Shown here: piece after piece, positions 50,528-63,205 of the stretch
Numbering within the stretch: position 1 is the first letter of the stretch
How the letters are laid out: each line of letters starts with the position of its first letter
Assembly (NCBI GenBank): GCA_038087875.1
Contig: CM075992.1
Span: 8,868,001-8,932,000, forward strand
Reading direction: 5' to 3'
DNA length: 64,000 bases
Origin: Malacoraja senta
Lineage: Eukaryota
Notes under the pieces: model-generated
Database searches by the model: none
Told to the model about the DNA's origin: nothing
What the model saw: the letters and a program-made list of their open reading frames with translations, nothing else
Position numbers and translations under genes: made by a program

Positions 50528-52967
50528 CTTTAAAAAGAGAAAGCAATGCATGTTTTTGTAGTCCACAAAATTAATATATCAACGTTTCTAATAGTTTTTA
50601 ATCAAGAGCTCTGTTGAGACTTTCAAGAGTCCTCTATATTTGACATCAACCCTTCCCTGTCTGAGGAAAGGTCTCTACCCAAAACGTCACCCTTTCCTTC
50701 TCTCCAGAGATGCTGCCTGTCCCGCTGAGTTACTCCAGCATTTTGTGTCCATCTTCAGTGTAAACCAGCGGCTGCAGTCCTTCCTACACACTTCCCTGTC
50801 ACAATTGGCCTATCAGGGAACCACCCTGTCTGAGGTCATCTGTTGCCGGGCTTGATTTGTCCAGGTCTTTTCTTGCTTCCAGTCCTCCACCCACTACAAT
50901 CCATCTGAAGAAGGGTCCCAAACCAACACGTCTCCTGCCCATTTTTGCTGCCTACCCCATTGCGTTACTCCAGCATTTTGTGTCTATCTTCCCTGTCACG
51001 TTCAGTGCAAGACAGGATCAAAGCAGGTAGTTTACCCACTTCCTCAACATCATGCAGCTGGAACAAGATTGAATGTAACACTTCAATTAAAATTGGGAGA
51101 CTTGGTAGATTTCTAGTCTAGATTAGTTTAGAGTTACAGCGCGGAATCAGGCCCTTCGGCCCACCGAGTCCGCGCCGACCAGCGATCCCTGTATACTAGC
51201 ACTATCCTACACACTAGAGACAATTTACAATTTACAATTTTTACCAAAGTCGAATTAACATGTTTCTGTCCCATTCTGTTTTGTAATTATTATTTTTTTT
51301 TGCACAATCTGCAGGCATTGCCACTTTTCATTTTACTGCACATCTCCTATGTGCATGTGACGAATAAACTTGACTTGACTTGACAAACTTGCACATCTTT
51401 GGAGTGTGGGAGGAAACCGGAGCACCCGGAGAAAACCCACAAGGTCACATTGAGAACATGGATTCTCAAAATTCCTTTTGTTTTTTCCTGTGCCGTACAC
51501 CATTAGCAGGCTATCCAGAGTCAATCTGAGTCAAACAGCATCTTTCTTCTCCTTCCCAAACTACCAGCTATTAGTTTTATCGAGGCTGGGCTACGTGCAA
51601 CAGTCAGGTGTGGTGCTTGCCTGCGTTATCACCATCCGGCCCTCGTTCCTTAACTGCAACCCCAAAGATTTGAATAGAAACTTTTTTTTTTTAAAGCACA
51701 ACATGCTTGATTAACTCAGCAGGCCAAGGAGCATCTATGGAGGACATGGATAGGAGACATTTCAGGTCAGGACCCTTCTTCAGTCTGACCAAAGATGTGA
51801 ATGTCGGATGATTGCTCAGATGGCTCACATTTTCCTGCCCTCTACTAATGAGTCTCTTCCAGTCGCTTCCTTCCCTTTGGCCCAACCTGTCCATGCCAAC
51901 CAAGATGCCGCATCTAATGTATGGGGCATCTTGGTAAATGTACCCACATTTGGCCTGGACTCCTCCAAATCTTTCCTATCCATGTACCTCATAGTTCAGT
52001 CATTTCAGTTCAGTTTCTCTTTAGTTTATTGTCACCTGCTTTTGTTGCGTGCTAACCAGTCAGAGGAAAGACAATACAATTGAGCCATTCTCAGTGTGCA
52101 GATACGTGATAAGGGGAATAACGTTTAGTGCAAGGTAAAGGCAGTAAAGTCCAATCAAGGATAGTCCAAGGGTCCCCGATTAGGTTGATAGTAAGGCAGC
52201 ACTGCTCTCTGGTTACAGTAGGAAGGTTCGGTTGCCTGATAACATTTAAGAGATCAGTGTAGATAAAGGCCCATCAGCCCTACATGCCCATACCGACCAA
52301 CATATCCCATCTACACTAGTCCCACCTGTCTGCATTTGGCCCATATCCCTCTAAACCTACCCTATCCATGTACCTATCCAAGTATCTCTCAATTGTTTCT
52401 GCATCTGTCTCAAATGCTCTGGCAGCGTGTACACATACCCACCACCCTCTGTGAAAAAATGCCCGTCGGGTTCCTCGTAAATCTTTCCCCACTCACCTTA
52501 AACCTAGTTCTTGATTTCACTACCCTGGGGAAAAAAAGACTCGAGGGATTCACTCCATCTATTCCCCTCATGACTTGTTACACCTCTAGAAGTTCACCCC
52601 TCAGCCTCCGGTTACGAATGACACTTCGACTTGGGAAACAGTGATGTGGGAACATGGAGGAAGTGGACTGAACTTTGCTGCCTTCCCTCACAGTGGGAAA
52701 CGTTGATCCCGCTGTGGGGAGATATTTTTTTATGTTTAATGTTAAATTCTATAATGTTGTGTTTATTTTATTGGTGTGCTGCAATGGCAACTCAAATTTC
52801 ACTACACCAATTGGTATATGTGACAATAAATGTCCTTTGTCCTTTGAATGATTCTTTTCTCTCTCCATTTCTCGAGGCTGTTGCACACTGTGGAGAAATA
52901 CTTTCACCACATGACCTGGAGCTACGTCAACAGATCGCACATTGAACTTGGGACTCAAACTAAATTA

Positions 52968-53168
<201 letters not shown>

Positions 53169-53261
53169 TCAAGATTGTTGTGGGCGAGCAGGAGGGAAGG
53201 AAGGGAAGGAAACAAAAGCAAAGTGAATGTCAAGCTACCTAAATGCGATACGATTATCAGT

Positions 53262-53289
53262 CTGAAGAAGGGCCTCGACCCGAAACGTC
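53262..53289 (+). ncRNA. Minimal type I hammerhead-like core in Penelope pseudo-LTR (representative copy)
   Basis: CUGAAGA-A-stem II-GAAACGUC. Related copies at 28186-28213 (+), 4091-4118 (+), about 53817 (+), 11559-11588 (-) and about 36538 (-). Stem II is GGGU-N4-RCCC in most copies. Confidence 0.6.
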
Positions 53290-55011
53290 ATCCATTCCTT
53301 CTATCCAGAGATGCTGCCCCACTGAGTTACTCCAGCATTTTGTCTATTGTTAGAAGGCTACACCATTATGGCTGCAGATCACCAGTGGACAAGTGCACAG
53401 AGGTGAAGAGGCTAACTTTCTCTTCCTCTCTCACATCATCCAAGTCAGCAGTTCGCAAAAGCACATCTCGGGCGGGTGTCGCTGCAAGTGCCGAGCGCAT
53501 GGATAGGACGCGGCCCGCAGCAGCACCGAGCAGGCTGACCCCAGCAACACCAACCCAGTGCCTCTGCCAGGACAATGAGCCTTTATGGCCAAGTTTAGAA
53601 GGGTCTTGACCCAAAACGTCACCCATTCCTTCTCTCCAGAGATGCTGCCTGTCCCGCTGAGTTACTCCAGCATTTTGTGTCTATCTTCAGACTCTAACAC
53701 TTTTGGCCAAACTATGAATTTTCCTATTTGAACAATGAAGGACATTATTGTCAAGCATAACCTTGTCGTCAGTCACAAGCAGCCTATGCACTGCCAATGA
53801 GGGGAATTATCACTCTCTGAAGAAGGGTTTTGGCCCGAAACGTTGCCTAATTCCTTGGCGCCATAGATGCTGCTGCACCCGCTGAGTTTCTCCAGCACTT
53901 TTGTCTACCTATCACTCTCTACATCCCTAAATATCTCTCTTTCTCCTTAATTTAGCTCAAGGCAAGGATTTCTGCTCCCACCTCATTAACATCACATAGA
54001 AACATAGAAAATAGGTGCAGGAGGAGACCATTCGGCCCTTCGAGCCAGCACCGCCATTCATTGTGATCATGGCTGATCACCTGTTGATGATAACGAGCAT
54101 CACCCAAAAATGAACTGCTTCTTTTAAAAAGTTTCCCTTTACAAGTTTAGTTTAGTTTAGTTTAGTTTAGCGATACAGACCCTTTGGCCCACCGAGTCCA
54201 TGCCAACCTGCCGATCCCCGAACACTAACACTATCCTACACACACTAGGGACAACTTACAATTTTACCAAAGCTAATTAACCTACAAACCTGTACGTCTT
54301 TGGAGTGTGGGAGGAAACTGGAGCACCTGGAGAAAACCCACGCGGGTCACGGGGAGAACGTACAAACTCCGTACAGGCAGCACCCAGAGTCAGGATCGAA
54401 TTCGGGTCTCTGGTGCTGTGAGGCAGCAATACCGCGGCGCCTCCGTGCCGCCCCCGAGTGAATAAGAAACAATTGCCTTCCCCGTCAAGGACCACAGAAT
54501 TGGTTATTGGCTCCCTGGAATTGTTGCTTTGGAGAATAGATCATAGAACTGATGATGGATTCAAGCAGAAATTCTGGGTGATCTGAAGGATAAAATACTA
54601 CAGGGCAGGGTACAATACCACCTGGTGCATGTTATAGAACATAGAACAGTACAGCACAAGAACAGGCCTTTCAGCCCACAATGTCTGTGCCAAACCCGAT
54701 GCCAAGACCAACTTCTACCTACCTACACATAATCCTTATCCCGCAATTCCCTGCATATCCACATATCCCTATTCAAATGTCTCTTAAATGCCACTATCAT
54801 ATCTCCGTAAAGAGTTTCACAGAGTTAGACATTTTCAGAGATTCTAAACATTTACAAAGCTGCATGGAAGATCAGTGGTGACAAAAACGTGTTTAGATCA
54901 TGTCAAAGCCACTTCAAAGTAGGGTTGTTTGAAGAAGGGTTTGAAATCTGTAGAAGGCATCTGATGGGAAATATCACCTATCCACGTTCTCCAGGGGTGC
55001 TGCCAGACTTA

Positions 55012-55250
55012 AGGGCCTGTCCCACTTTCATGACCTAATTCACCACCTCTGCCGAGTTTGCCCTTGACTCACACTCGCTGCATGGTCGTCACGAGGTCCT
55101 AGGAGGTCATAGGTAGGTCGTAGCAGGTCGTGATTCTAGTCGTAGGTACTCGTGGCATCAAGTAGGTTGCGGCGATTTTTTAAGCCTGATGAAAAATGTC
55201 CACGAGTTAAAAAAGGTCGTGAATTAGGTCGTGAAAGTGGGACAGGCCCT
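55012..55250. mobile_element. PIF/Harbinger-type MITE inserted in a Penelope pseudo-LTR
   Basis: agggcctgtcccactttca.../...tgaaagtgggacaggccct, with TTA TSD. Confidence 0.88.
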
Positions 55251-56699
55251 TTACTCCAGCATTTTGTGTCTATTTTTCCTCGGGTTGCTTGGCATTGACA
55301 CCTATGGACAATTGCTCAAATGTTTGGTCAGAGGTTTATTTTCAATAGAATATCAAAGGAGAGAGAAGAATAGTGGGAAGGAAAGAGAACCGAGAGGGAG
55401 TTCCAGAGATTCAGTGCAGCTGCAGTGCAAGGTGGTCAGTGGTGGGGAGATTCAGATTGAGGATGCACAGGAGGCCAGGACTGGAACTGTGGATAGAGTG
55501 GACGTGGAGAGGATGTTTCCACTAGTGGGAGAGTCTAGGACTTGAGGTCACAGCCTCAGAATTAAAGGACGTTCTTTTTGGAAGGAGATGAGGAGACATT
55601 TCTTTAGTCAGAGGGTGGTGAATCTGTGGAATTCTTTGCCACAGAAGGCTGTGAAGGCCAAGTCAGTGGATATGTTTAAGGCAGAGATAGATAGATTCTT
55701 GATTAGTGCGGGTGTCAGGGGTTATGGGGAGAAGGCAGGAGAATGGGGTTAGGAGGGAGAGATAGATCAGCCATGATTGAATGGCAGAGTAGACTTGATG
55801 GGCCGAATGGCCTAATTCAGCTCCTATTCCTTATGATCTTATGAAGGCAGGGCAAGAGGAGTGCATTACCAGAGATGTGCAATAATATACAATTCTCTGG
55901 TTTGCAACCACAGAGGAAATAGGCAGGCCACCGCAGTCTCCACACCTCCTTCCTGATGTGGAGCAATTAGGCAACTTGGAGGGGCAGAAGAAGCAGATTT
56001 TTCTTTTTTTTTAATATCGTGGTTTCATATACTTCTCACCATCTCATACTTAGTTGTTCAAGTAGACTTTTTTTAATATAACAATTTGTGTCAGCTGAAT
56101 GGATTCTCTGCCCTTGCTGCGACTTGTACAGGATCCATTTTCAGAGTGAAAACTGTGAGTTTCATAACTCCGTCTCTTTGCCAACTTATATTTTATTCAG
56201 TCACGATTTGAAATTGACTCATCTTTGCAATTGGGCAATCAGGCACCAGCACTGGTTCGCATTCGAGGCCCTCCCCTTGACCTCAGTTCAACGGGGCAGG
56301 AGGGAAAAAATATAATTTGGTTAGTTTTGTCTTTTTAAAATTTCCCGCTCTTCCCCAACTTGAATGTCACTGGATGGGAGATCGGAGGATTCACCAATGG
56401 AATCAGTCGAACGGGTTTGTATGCTGGCATGGTATCGTTGTAGGTCATGTTGCAGTATCTAATGAGCTTGCAACTTAGTAGCTGGCGCAACCTTGTTCTG
56501 CTACTCTGCAATGCAACAGTGTTACTTACGCACATTCTTTGCTCCAGATGGCTGACCTGTGAATGCCCTCCCTGACCTTGATGTAACATAGTTCACGAGA
56601 GGTGTCCTTCAAAGATCTGCTTGCAGCAGTTTCAAAAATCAAGTACTGTACAGGGAAAGGATCAATTAAGCCCATGGTCTGCTATTCTACTCTATTGAA

Positions 56700-57395
56700 T
56701 CTAATAATAATAATAATAATAATATCTTTTATTGTCATTGCACATAGGCGCAATGCGATTTGGTATGCAGCTTCCATCCGAAGTCATAACTTAAACTAAT
56801 ACAATTTAGATACCCAGAGAAACATGATTTATAAAAAAGAACAGTAAAACAATCAAAAGTGCAAATATATCTGTGCCGTGTCGATGTGCGACGTGACCAT
56901 CCGAGGGAGACAGTCCATGGGGGTGGGGGCCACTCAGCAGGGCCGGTTCAGAGCAGCTATGGCTCTGGGGATGAAGCTGTTCCTGAGTCTGGAGGTGCGG
57001 GCGTAGGCCTTGTAACGTCTGCCGGAAGGTAGGAGTTCGAACAGACTATTACAAGGGTGTGAGGAGTCTTTGTGGATACTGACGGCCTTCCTGAGGCACC
57101 GTGTGTAGTAGATGCCCTCCAAGGCTGGTAGTTGTGTCCCAATTATCTTCTGCGCTCTGTGGACGACGCGCTGAAGAGCTCTCCTCTCCGCCTCCGTGCA
57201 GCTGAGATACCACACAGAGATGCCATATGTTAGTATAGCGGTAGAATGTTGTCAGCAGCTGTTGGGGCAGACCAGTCTTTTTCAATGTTCTCAGGAAGAA
57301 CAGTCGTTGCTGTGCCTTCTTGACCAGCGCAGACCATGTGAGGTCCTCTGAAATGTGTGCGTCCAGAAACCTAAAGCTGGACATTCTCTCCACAC
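56700..57395 (-). mobile_element. Rex1/Babar-type LINE 3' fragment
   Basis: SFRFL...KKAQQRLFFLRTLKK...LQRVVHRAQKIIG...HPCNSLFELLPSGRRY...RLRNSFIPRAI. (tta)n tail. Further fragments at 25790-26235(+), 24703-24977(+), 33650-34030(+), 41690-42180(-) and 59115-59380(+). Confidence 0.85.
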
Positions 57396-57660
57396 TGCAT
57401 CTTATAGAGATGCAGCATGCAAACAGGTCCTTTGGCCCACTGAATCCCCGCTGAATCCCCGCTGAAGCAAAAAAACAATTCATACAACACAGATTTTTTT
57501 TGTATATACAAAGACAATGTTTCTCCCTTCCAACCATCTCATCCACAGAAACGTTTGTGCTAAATGTTGCTGGGATGGTTGCAGCTCTTAGACCTTCTGC
57601 AAATGGTCAATTCTTATGAAAATGACCAGGCCATTCTTACGAACAACAGGCTATTCAACT

Positions 57661-57802
57661 TCTTCTTCATCTTGCATATGGCGTGCACAGCCTAAAGTTG
57701 TAGGACAACTTGTTCTATTTGGTCTTATTTGATTGTGCACGCCAGGTTGATTGCATTCGTCGAAACAGGGCGGACCACGTGAAGGTTGCAATCTCCCACC
57801 CC
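57661..57802 (-). mobile_element. 142-bp non-autonomous retroelement with 5' HDV-like ribozyme and GAA tail (element A)
   Basis: Perfect 12-bp TSD ggctattcaact (57649-57660 and 57803-57814). Starts at ribozyme G1. Internal 11-bp stem TGGCGTGCACA/TGTGCACGCCA. Ends catatgcaagatgaagaaga. Confidence 0.85.
57749..57802 (-). ncRNA. Minimal HDV-like self-cleaving ribozyme (predicted, 54 nt)
   Basis: GGGGUGG(P1)-GA-GAUUGCA(P2)-ACC(P3)-UUCACGU(L3)-GGU(P3')-CCGCCCU(P1', G1.U wobble)-GU(P1.1)-UUCGA-CGAA(J4/2 with catalytic C)-UGCAAUC(P2'). Confidence 0.85.
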
Positions 57803-58966
57803 GGCTATTCAACTAATTGGGGACCACAGCCAAACAAACTCAGCTGCTGTATACTATCATATTGAGTCTCATTACCTGAAACTCCTTTTCACCTAGGCCA
57901 CAGCTAACAATGGCCAGTCGCCTTTGTCATCGTAACTTTTTAACATATTTTTAATTAATTTGTTCTATATATATTTCTCTCTGTATCACCATCTATATCT
58001 CTTGTTTCCCTTTCCCCTGACTCTCAGTCTGAAGAAGGGTCTCGACCCAAATTCCTTTTCTCCAGAGATGTTGTCTGACCGGCTGAGTTACTCCAGCTTT
58101 TTGTGTCTATCTGCTGTACACTATCCATGTGTTTGAGAGTGAGTGGTACTGTTCCTGCAGCCCATCGCTGCCCAGTGACTCTGCCAAAGGCCCACATCAC
58201 TGTTAAGCTGGAATTGTCTTCACTGGTTCCTCATCTCCAAGGCAGAAGTTATAATCTGTGCACCACAAATTCTACACGTGTACCCTTACACCAACCTCCA
58301 GGGACCTCTGCATCTATGGGCAACCAAGGTGTGTGGTACAGCGGTAGAGTTGATGCCTCACAGCGCCAGAGTCCCGGGTTCAATCCCGACTACGGGTGCT
58401 GCCTGTACCGAGTTTGTAAGTTCTCCCCGTGACCCGCGTGGGTTTCCTCCCACATTCCAAAGACGTGCGGGTTTGCAGGTGAATTGGCCTCTGTGTGGTG
58501 GGAAGGAAGCAGGGCTTCAGGATCATCCACCTGACATGGACAGCTCCATCTTGGGGGAGCAGCAGCAACAGCGGAAACCGTTGGATGAAAGGGACTACAA
58601 AAAGTGTGACTGCTGAAATAGCACAGGCAACGAGCCAATGTGTTCCACTTGACACGGCACGAACTCCACAACAAACGGCAGCACCATGCAAGGACGCCAC
58701 TGGTCTTAAAATTGAGCGAAAGTGGATTGTGCAATAAAAATCAGATAAACGTGTTCATAGTTCACCCCTATCTTCAAAAAGTCATTAAAACAGATAAGCA
58801 CCTTGGCTGTACAATTTCACATATCGTTATATACAAATACAACATGGCTCAAAGGATACAGGATGTAATACTTAAACATACTTCATGAAATAAAAGTCAA
58901 ATAAATAACAGAAACAAAAAGTCCAGTGAATGTAGAAAACACCTGTAGCAAATATAAATGTTCTTA

Positions 58967-59107
<141 letters not shown>

Positions 59108-60351
59108 TTAAGTCCAGCACGGATACTGACCTCCCCACCATCGAAGGGATCTACAGGAGTCGCTGCCTCAAAATGGCAGCCAGCATCATCAGAGACCCAC
59201 ACCACCCTGGCCACACACTCATTTCACTCTTGCCATTGGGAAGAAGAGATAGGAGCCTGAAAACTAACATCCAGGGTCTGGAACAGCTTCTTCCCTTCAA
59301 CCATCAGTCTATTAAACACTACAACCTCCAAATAAGCTCTGAATTACATAGACTTGGGAGCATTGTTTTTTTTTGTGTATGTGTATATACAGCTGGAGAT
59401 GAACTGAAAATGTGCAAAAACCCCATGGCACTGCTTGGAAAGCAAGTGAGACACCTTCCCTCACGAAGGAAGAGACTGCCTGGTAGTCTAATGGAGACCT
59501 CGTATAATAATACAGCAGCATTCCTGTTCTTCACTGACCCACCACAATCATCTAACAATCTAGGCCTGTCCAGAACTACGCAGAAGTACACTTCAAGTTG
59601 CTAATTCACAATGGGTTTTTTCTTTAGTTTAAATTATCATCTAATCATAAATAAATTAATATTCCACAGGGAAGATTCCACTTAAATATATTTGTTAGTC
59701 TTTCATGTTAAGGCATTCTTTGGGTTACAGCAGTGCGGGACTCAAAACCAATTGTCTTATGAACCCGACCAAGTTAAGTGATTCTAATACTACCATTCAA
59801 AAAAATCTTGCACGCACACACACAGCATGGAAACAGGCCCTTTGGCCCACTAAGTCCACACCGAACATTGGTCACCTGTTCACTAGTTCTCTGTTATCCC
59901 ACTTTCTCATCCACTTCCTACTCACTAGGGGCAAATTTACAGAGGGCCAATTAAACTACTAACCCGCACGTCTTTGGGATGTGGGAGGAAACAAGAGCAC
60001 CCGGGGGAAACCCACGTGGTCACAGGGAGAATGTGCAAACTCCACACAGACAGTACTCGTAGTCAGGATCGAACCAGGGTCTCTGGTGCTGTTGGCAGCA
60101 GCTCTACCAGCTGTGCTGTACATCCAAAAAGAAAAAAAATCTTGAATTCCAATCTTCCAATCTACCTTGCTGAAGCCCATGCATTCTTTTTCATCTGCAC
60201 ATTCCCTGTAGCAGTAACACTATATTCTGCACTCTTTATTTATTTATTTTTGCACTATTTGGTGTAATCATGCATGAAATGATTTGCCTGGAAAATACAG
60301 TGTAAAACCTTGTTTTGTGTATCTCAGTACACATGCCGTTAGTAAATCAAT

Positions 60352-60418
60352 GGCCCCATAGCAGAAGCGTCCACGTCGCGGGGCTGGAGACTGGAAGTAT
60401 CCTGAGCTAATTCTGCTA
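60352..60418 (+). ncRNA. HDV-like self-cleaving ribozyme, CPEB3-like core (predicted, 67 nt)
   Basis: GGCCCC(P1)-A-UAGCAGAA(P2)-GCG(P3)-UCCACGU(L3)-CGC(P3')-GGGGCU(P1', G1.U)-GG(P1.1)-P4 region with GGA-AGUA-UCC-CUAA(J4/2, C60407)-UUCUGCUA(P2'). Confidence 0.85.
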
Positions 60419-60543
60419 CCACCATCATCTATTGCGACAAGTGATGGCTTCCACTGATTGTCACAGCAGGAAGCTTGCGTCCTTTTCAGGACGGACGATG
60501 ACAGCGAGGTCAACATTTGTAACAAGATGGACATGAAAAGAAG
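60352..60543 (+). mobile_element. 192-bp non-autonomous retroelement with 5' HDV-like ribozyme and GAA-rich tail (element B)
   Basis: 11-bp TSD agtaaa(t/c)caat at 60341-60351 and 60544-60554. Starts at ribozyme G1, has three further hairpins, and ends gacatgaaaagaag. Confidence 0.8.
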
Positions 60544-60935
60544 AGTAAACCAATGCCAATAAAAATCAACCATGCACTGTTGGGAGTATTGATATTGGTT
60601 TGTCATTGGCACATGTACAGAGATACAGCGAGAAGCATTGTTTTGCATGTTAGCCCACTAAATAAAACCAAAGGGTTTAAATAAGGCTAGAGGTGAAGGG
60701 GAAGGAAATTGATGACACGAATCTAAACATGTGGAATTCCAACTGGTAATGCAAAGGGATAACTTTTGCAATCCTACACAATTATCACGTGTAGTAGGAT
60801 ATACTACCAAAGTACAATCCTACTTGGAACTGAGTTTATCTGATCTCCAAGTGGGTTCCAGGTAATAAAAGAGCAGCACCATTTTCACCCATATCTTATC
60901 ACCATAATAACAAAATGGTCATTTCTAAAGCAACA

Positions 60936-61255
60936 GGGCGGCACAGTGGCGCAGCGGTAGAGTCGCTGCCTCACAGCGCCAGAGACCCGGGTTTCATCCT
61001 GACTACGGGTGCTGTCTGTACGGAGTTTGTACGTTCTCCCCATGACCTGCTTGGGTTTTCTCAGAGATCTTCAGTTTCCTCCCGCACTCCAAAGACGTAT
61101 CGGTTTGTAGGTTAATTGGATTGGTATAAATGTAAAATTGTCCCTAGTGTGTGTGTGTGTGTAGGGTAGTGATAATGTGCGGGGGATCACTGGTCGGTGC
61201 GGACTCGGTGGGCCGAAGGACCTGTTTCCGCGCTGTAGCACTCAACTAAACTAAA
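60936..61255 (+). mobile_element. HE1-type V-SINE (tRNA head, V domain, CR1-derived tail); representative of about 20 copies
   Basis: A box tggcgcagcggtag and degenerate B box. V domain ggagtttgtacgttctcccc...ggtttt...tttcctccc. Tail tgggccgaaggacctgtttccgcgctgt...(ctaaa)n. Other copies at about 4320-4615(-), 23815-24105(+), 30930-31226(-), 33168-33455(-), 42185-42480(-), 44029-44290(+), 54147-54455(-) and 59820-60120(-). Confidence 0.85.
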
Positions 61256-61416
61256 TAGCAGTGTTACACCTCAGAATTGGCCATTTTACAAGACACTCAT
61301 ATTGAGTCTAAATATTTTTTCTTTAAAATCTAGAAACAGGTCACAAAAGCATTTATGGAACAAGCTGCCAGAGAAAATGGTAAAGGCAAGTGCAATAACA
61401 ACCTTTAAAATACATT

Positions 61417-61569
61417 GGACAGGTACATGGATAGGATAGGTACATGGATAGGACAGGTACATGGATAGGACAGGTACATGGATAGGTCAGGTACATGGAT
61501 AGGACAGGTACATGGATAGGACAGGTACATGGATAGGACAGGTACATGGATAGGACAGGTACATGGATA
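61417..61569 (+). repeat. Minisatellite, 9 x 17 bp (ggacaggtacatggata), within a CR1 remnant
   Basis: Nine contiguous units, two carrying single substitutions. Confidence 0.95.
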
Positions 61570-62913
61570 GGAGAGGATTAGAGGAATATGGATCAAAGGT
61601 GGGCAAGAGTATGGATCAAAGGTTTGATAGGGCATTGTGGTAGGTGTGGATGATATGGGCCAAAGGGCCTGCATCCGTGCTGTATGACTCTGAAGGTCAG
61701 TTATGAAATTCATTATTATTATTTTGGATGGCAGTCTTAATTCAGGAAAAAACATCCGAGAAGCTTTACAGAGACATTTCCTGCTCACAGCGCCACAGAC
61801 CCGGATTCGATCCTGACTACGGGTGCTGTCTGTACGGACTTTGTATGTTCTCAGGTGACCTGCGTGGGTTTTCCCTGGGTGCTCAGATTTCCTCCCACAC
61901 TCCAAAGATGTACAGGTTTGTAGGTTAATTGACTTCAGTAAAAATTGTAAATTGGCCCCAGTGAGTGTACGGGAATCGCTGATCGGCACGGACTCGGTGA
62001 GCCTGTTTCCGTGCTGTGTTTCTAAACTAAAGTAGGGAAAAAATATCACTTCAGTTGGGCACATTCTAGAGAGACTGGGTACTTGGTTCATTTAAAAAAA
62101 AAGAACTTATTAGTGGACTAAGAGTTTGTTAGCCGGAATGATGATAGCACTTGATTTAAGGATTAAGATTTGGCCTGAGGATTGATGAAAATCTCTCTGG
62201 ATTGACCACACATTTAGCCCTGTTGAGTGAATGGCACTTGCTGACATCAAGATTTCCATTGTGATAAAGCCAGTTCCACAGTTCATTAAAGCACGAGGGA
62301 GACACAAAACCTGATGGCGTTAACGATTAGACAATGGACAAGCTTTGAACACAGGAAATCACAGATCTAATCACTGAAAGTGTTATGATTTATAAATACC
62401 CCAAGTAAATCACACATCTGACCCTGAACAGCTGTGAACAAGACACCATCAGTTCCTGTACCATTATTCAACTGTAAATTACAGTAACAATTTCTCCTCA
62501 GAAGCATCAATTTGCTGACCATTTGTAGCAGAAATGACCAAATATTGATCAGGAGAACAGTTCTTTGACAATTAAAACGGACACCTCCAGATTCAGGGAC
62601 AGTTTTTTGCCAGCTGTGATCAGGCAACTGATCCATCCTATCACCAACTGGAGAGCAGTCCTGAACTACTGTCTACCTCAATTAGAGACCCTCGGACAAT
62701 CTTTAATCGGACTTTACTGGGCCTTATCTTCCACTAAATGTTATTCACATTTTATTCCCTTTTATAATGTATCTGTACACTGTGGATGGGTCGAGTGTGT
62801 GGGAAGAACTGCAGATGCTGGTTTACACCGAAGATAGTCACAAAATGCAGGAGTAACTCAGCGGGTCAGGCAGCATCATTGTAATCTTGTATTGTCTTTC
62901 CGCTGACTGGTTA

Positions 62914-63205
62914 AGGCCCTGTCCCACTTTCCCGAGTTACTCACGAATTCTCCCCTTGATTCAAACTCGGAGATGCCAGCCGTAGGTACTCGGGACTATT
63001 TTTTTTACTCGTGGACATTTTTCAACATGCTGAAAAAACCGTCCCGACTTACCTGATGCCCCGAGTACCTACGGCTGGCATTACGAGCCGCTACGAAATA
63101 TCTACGGACTCCTACGGACTCGCTACGGACATTCTCCGAGTTTGAAGAATCGAGGGGAAAACTTGGGAGAATTCGTGAGTAACTCGGGAAAATGGGACAG
63201 GGCCT
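62914..63205. mobile_element. PIF/Harbinger-type MITE inserted in a LINE 3' UTR
   Basis: aggccctgtcccactttcccgagttactcacgaattctcc.../...ggagaattcgtgagtaactcgggaaaatgggacagggcct, with TTA TSD. Flanks rejoin as gctgactggtta|gcacacaacaaaagc. Confidence 0.88.

Noticed and set aside
53366..53626. GC-rich 86-aa minus-strand ORF just upstream of a KRI1 exon
   Set aside because: It starts inside a pseudo-LTR, has no clear splice sites, and the flanking KRI1 exons already join in phase without it.
60936..61010. tRNA-like sequences with A and B boxes at many positions
   Set aside because: Each continues into the V domain and CR1-like tail, so they are SINE heads. No complete cloverleaf tRNA gene was seen.
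61417..61569. Regular short repeat array resembling CRISPR
   Set aside because: Head-to-tail units with no spacers, in eukaryotic DNA; it is a minisatellite.
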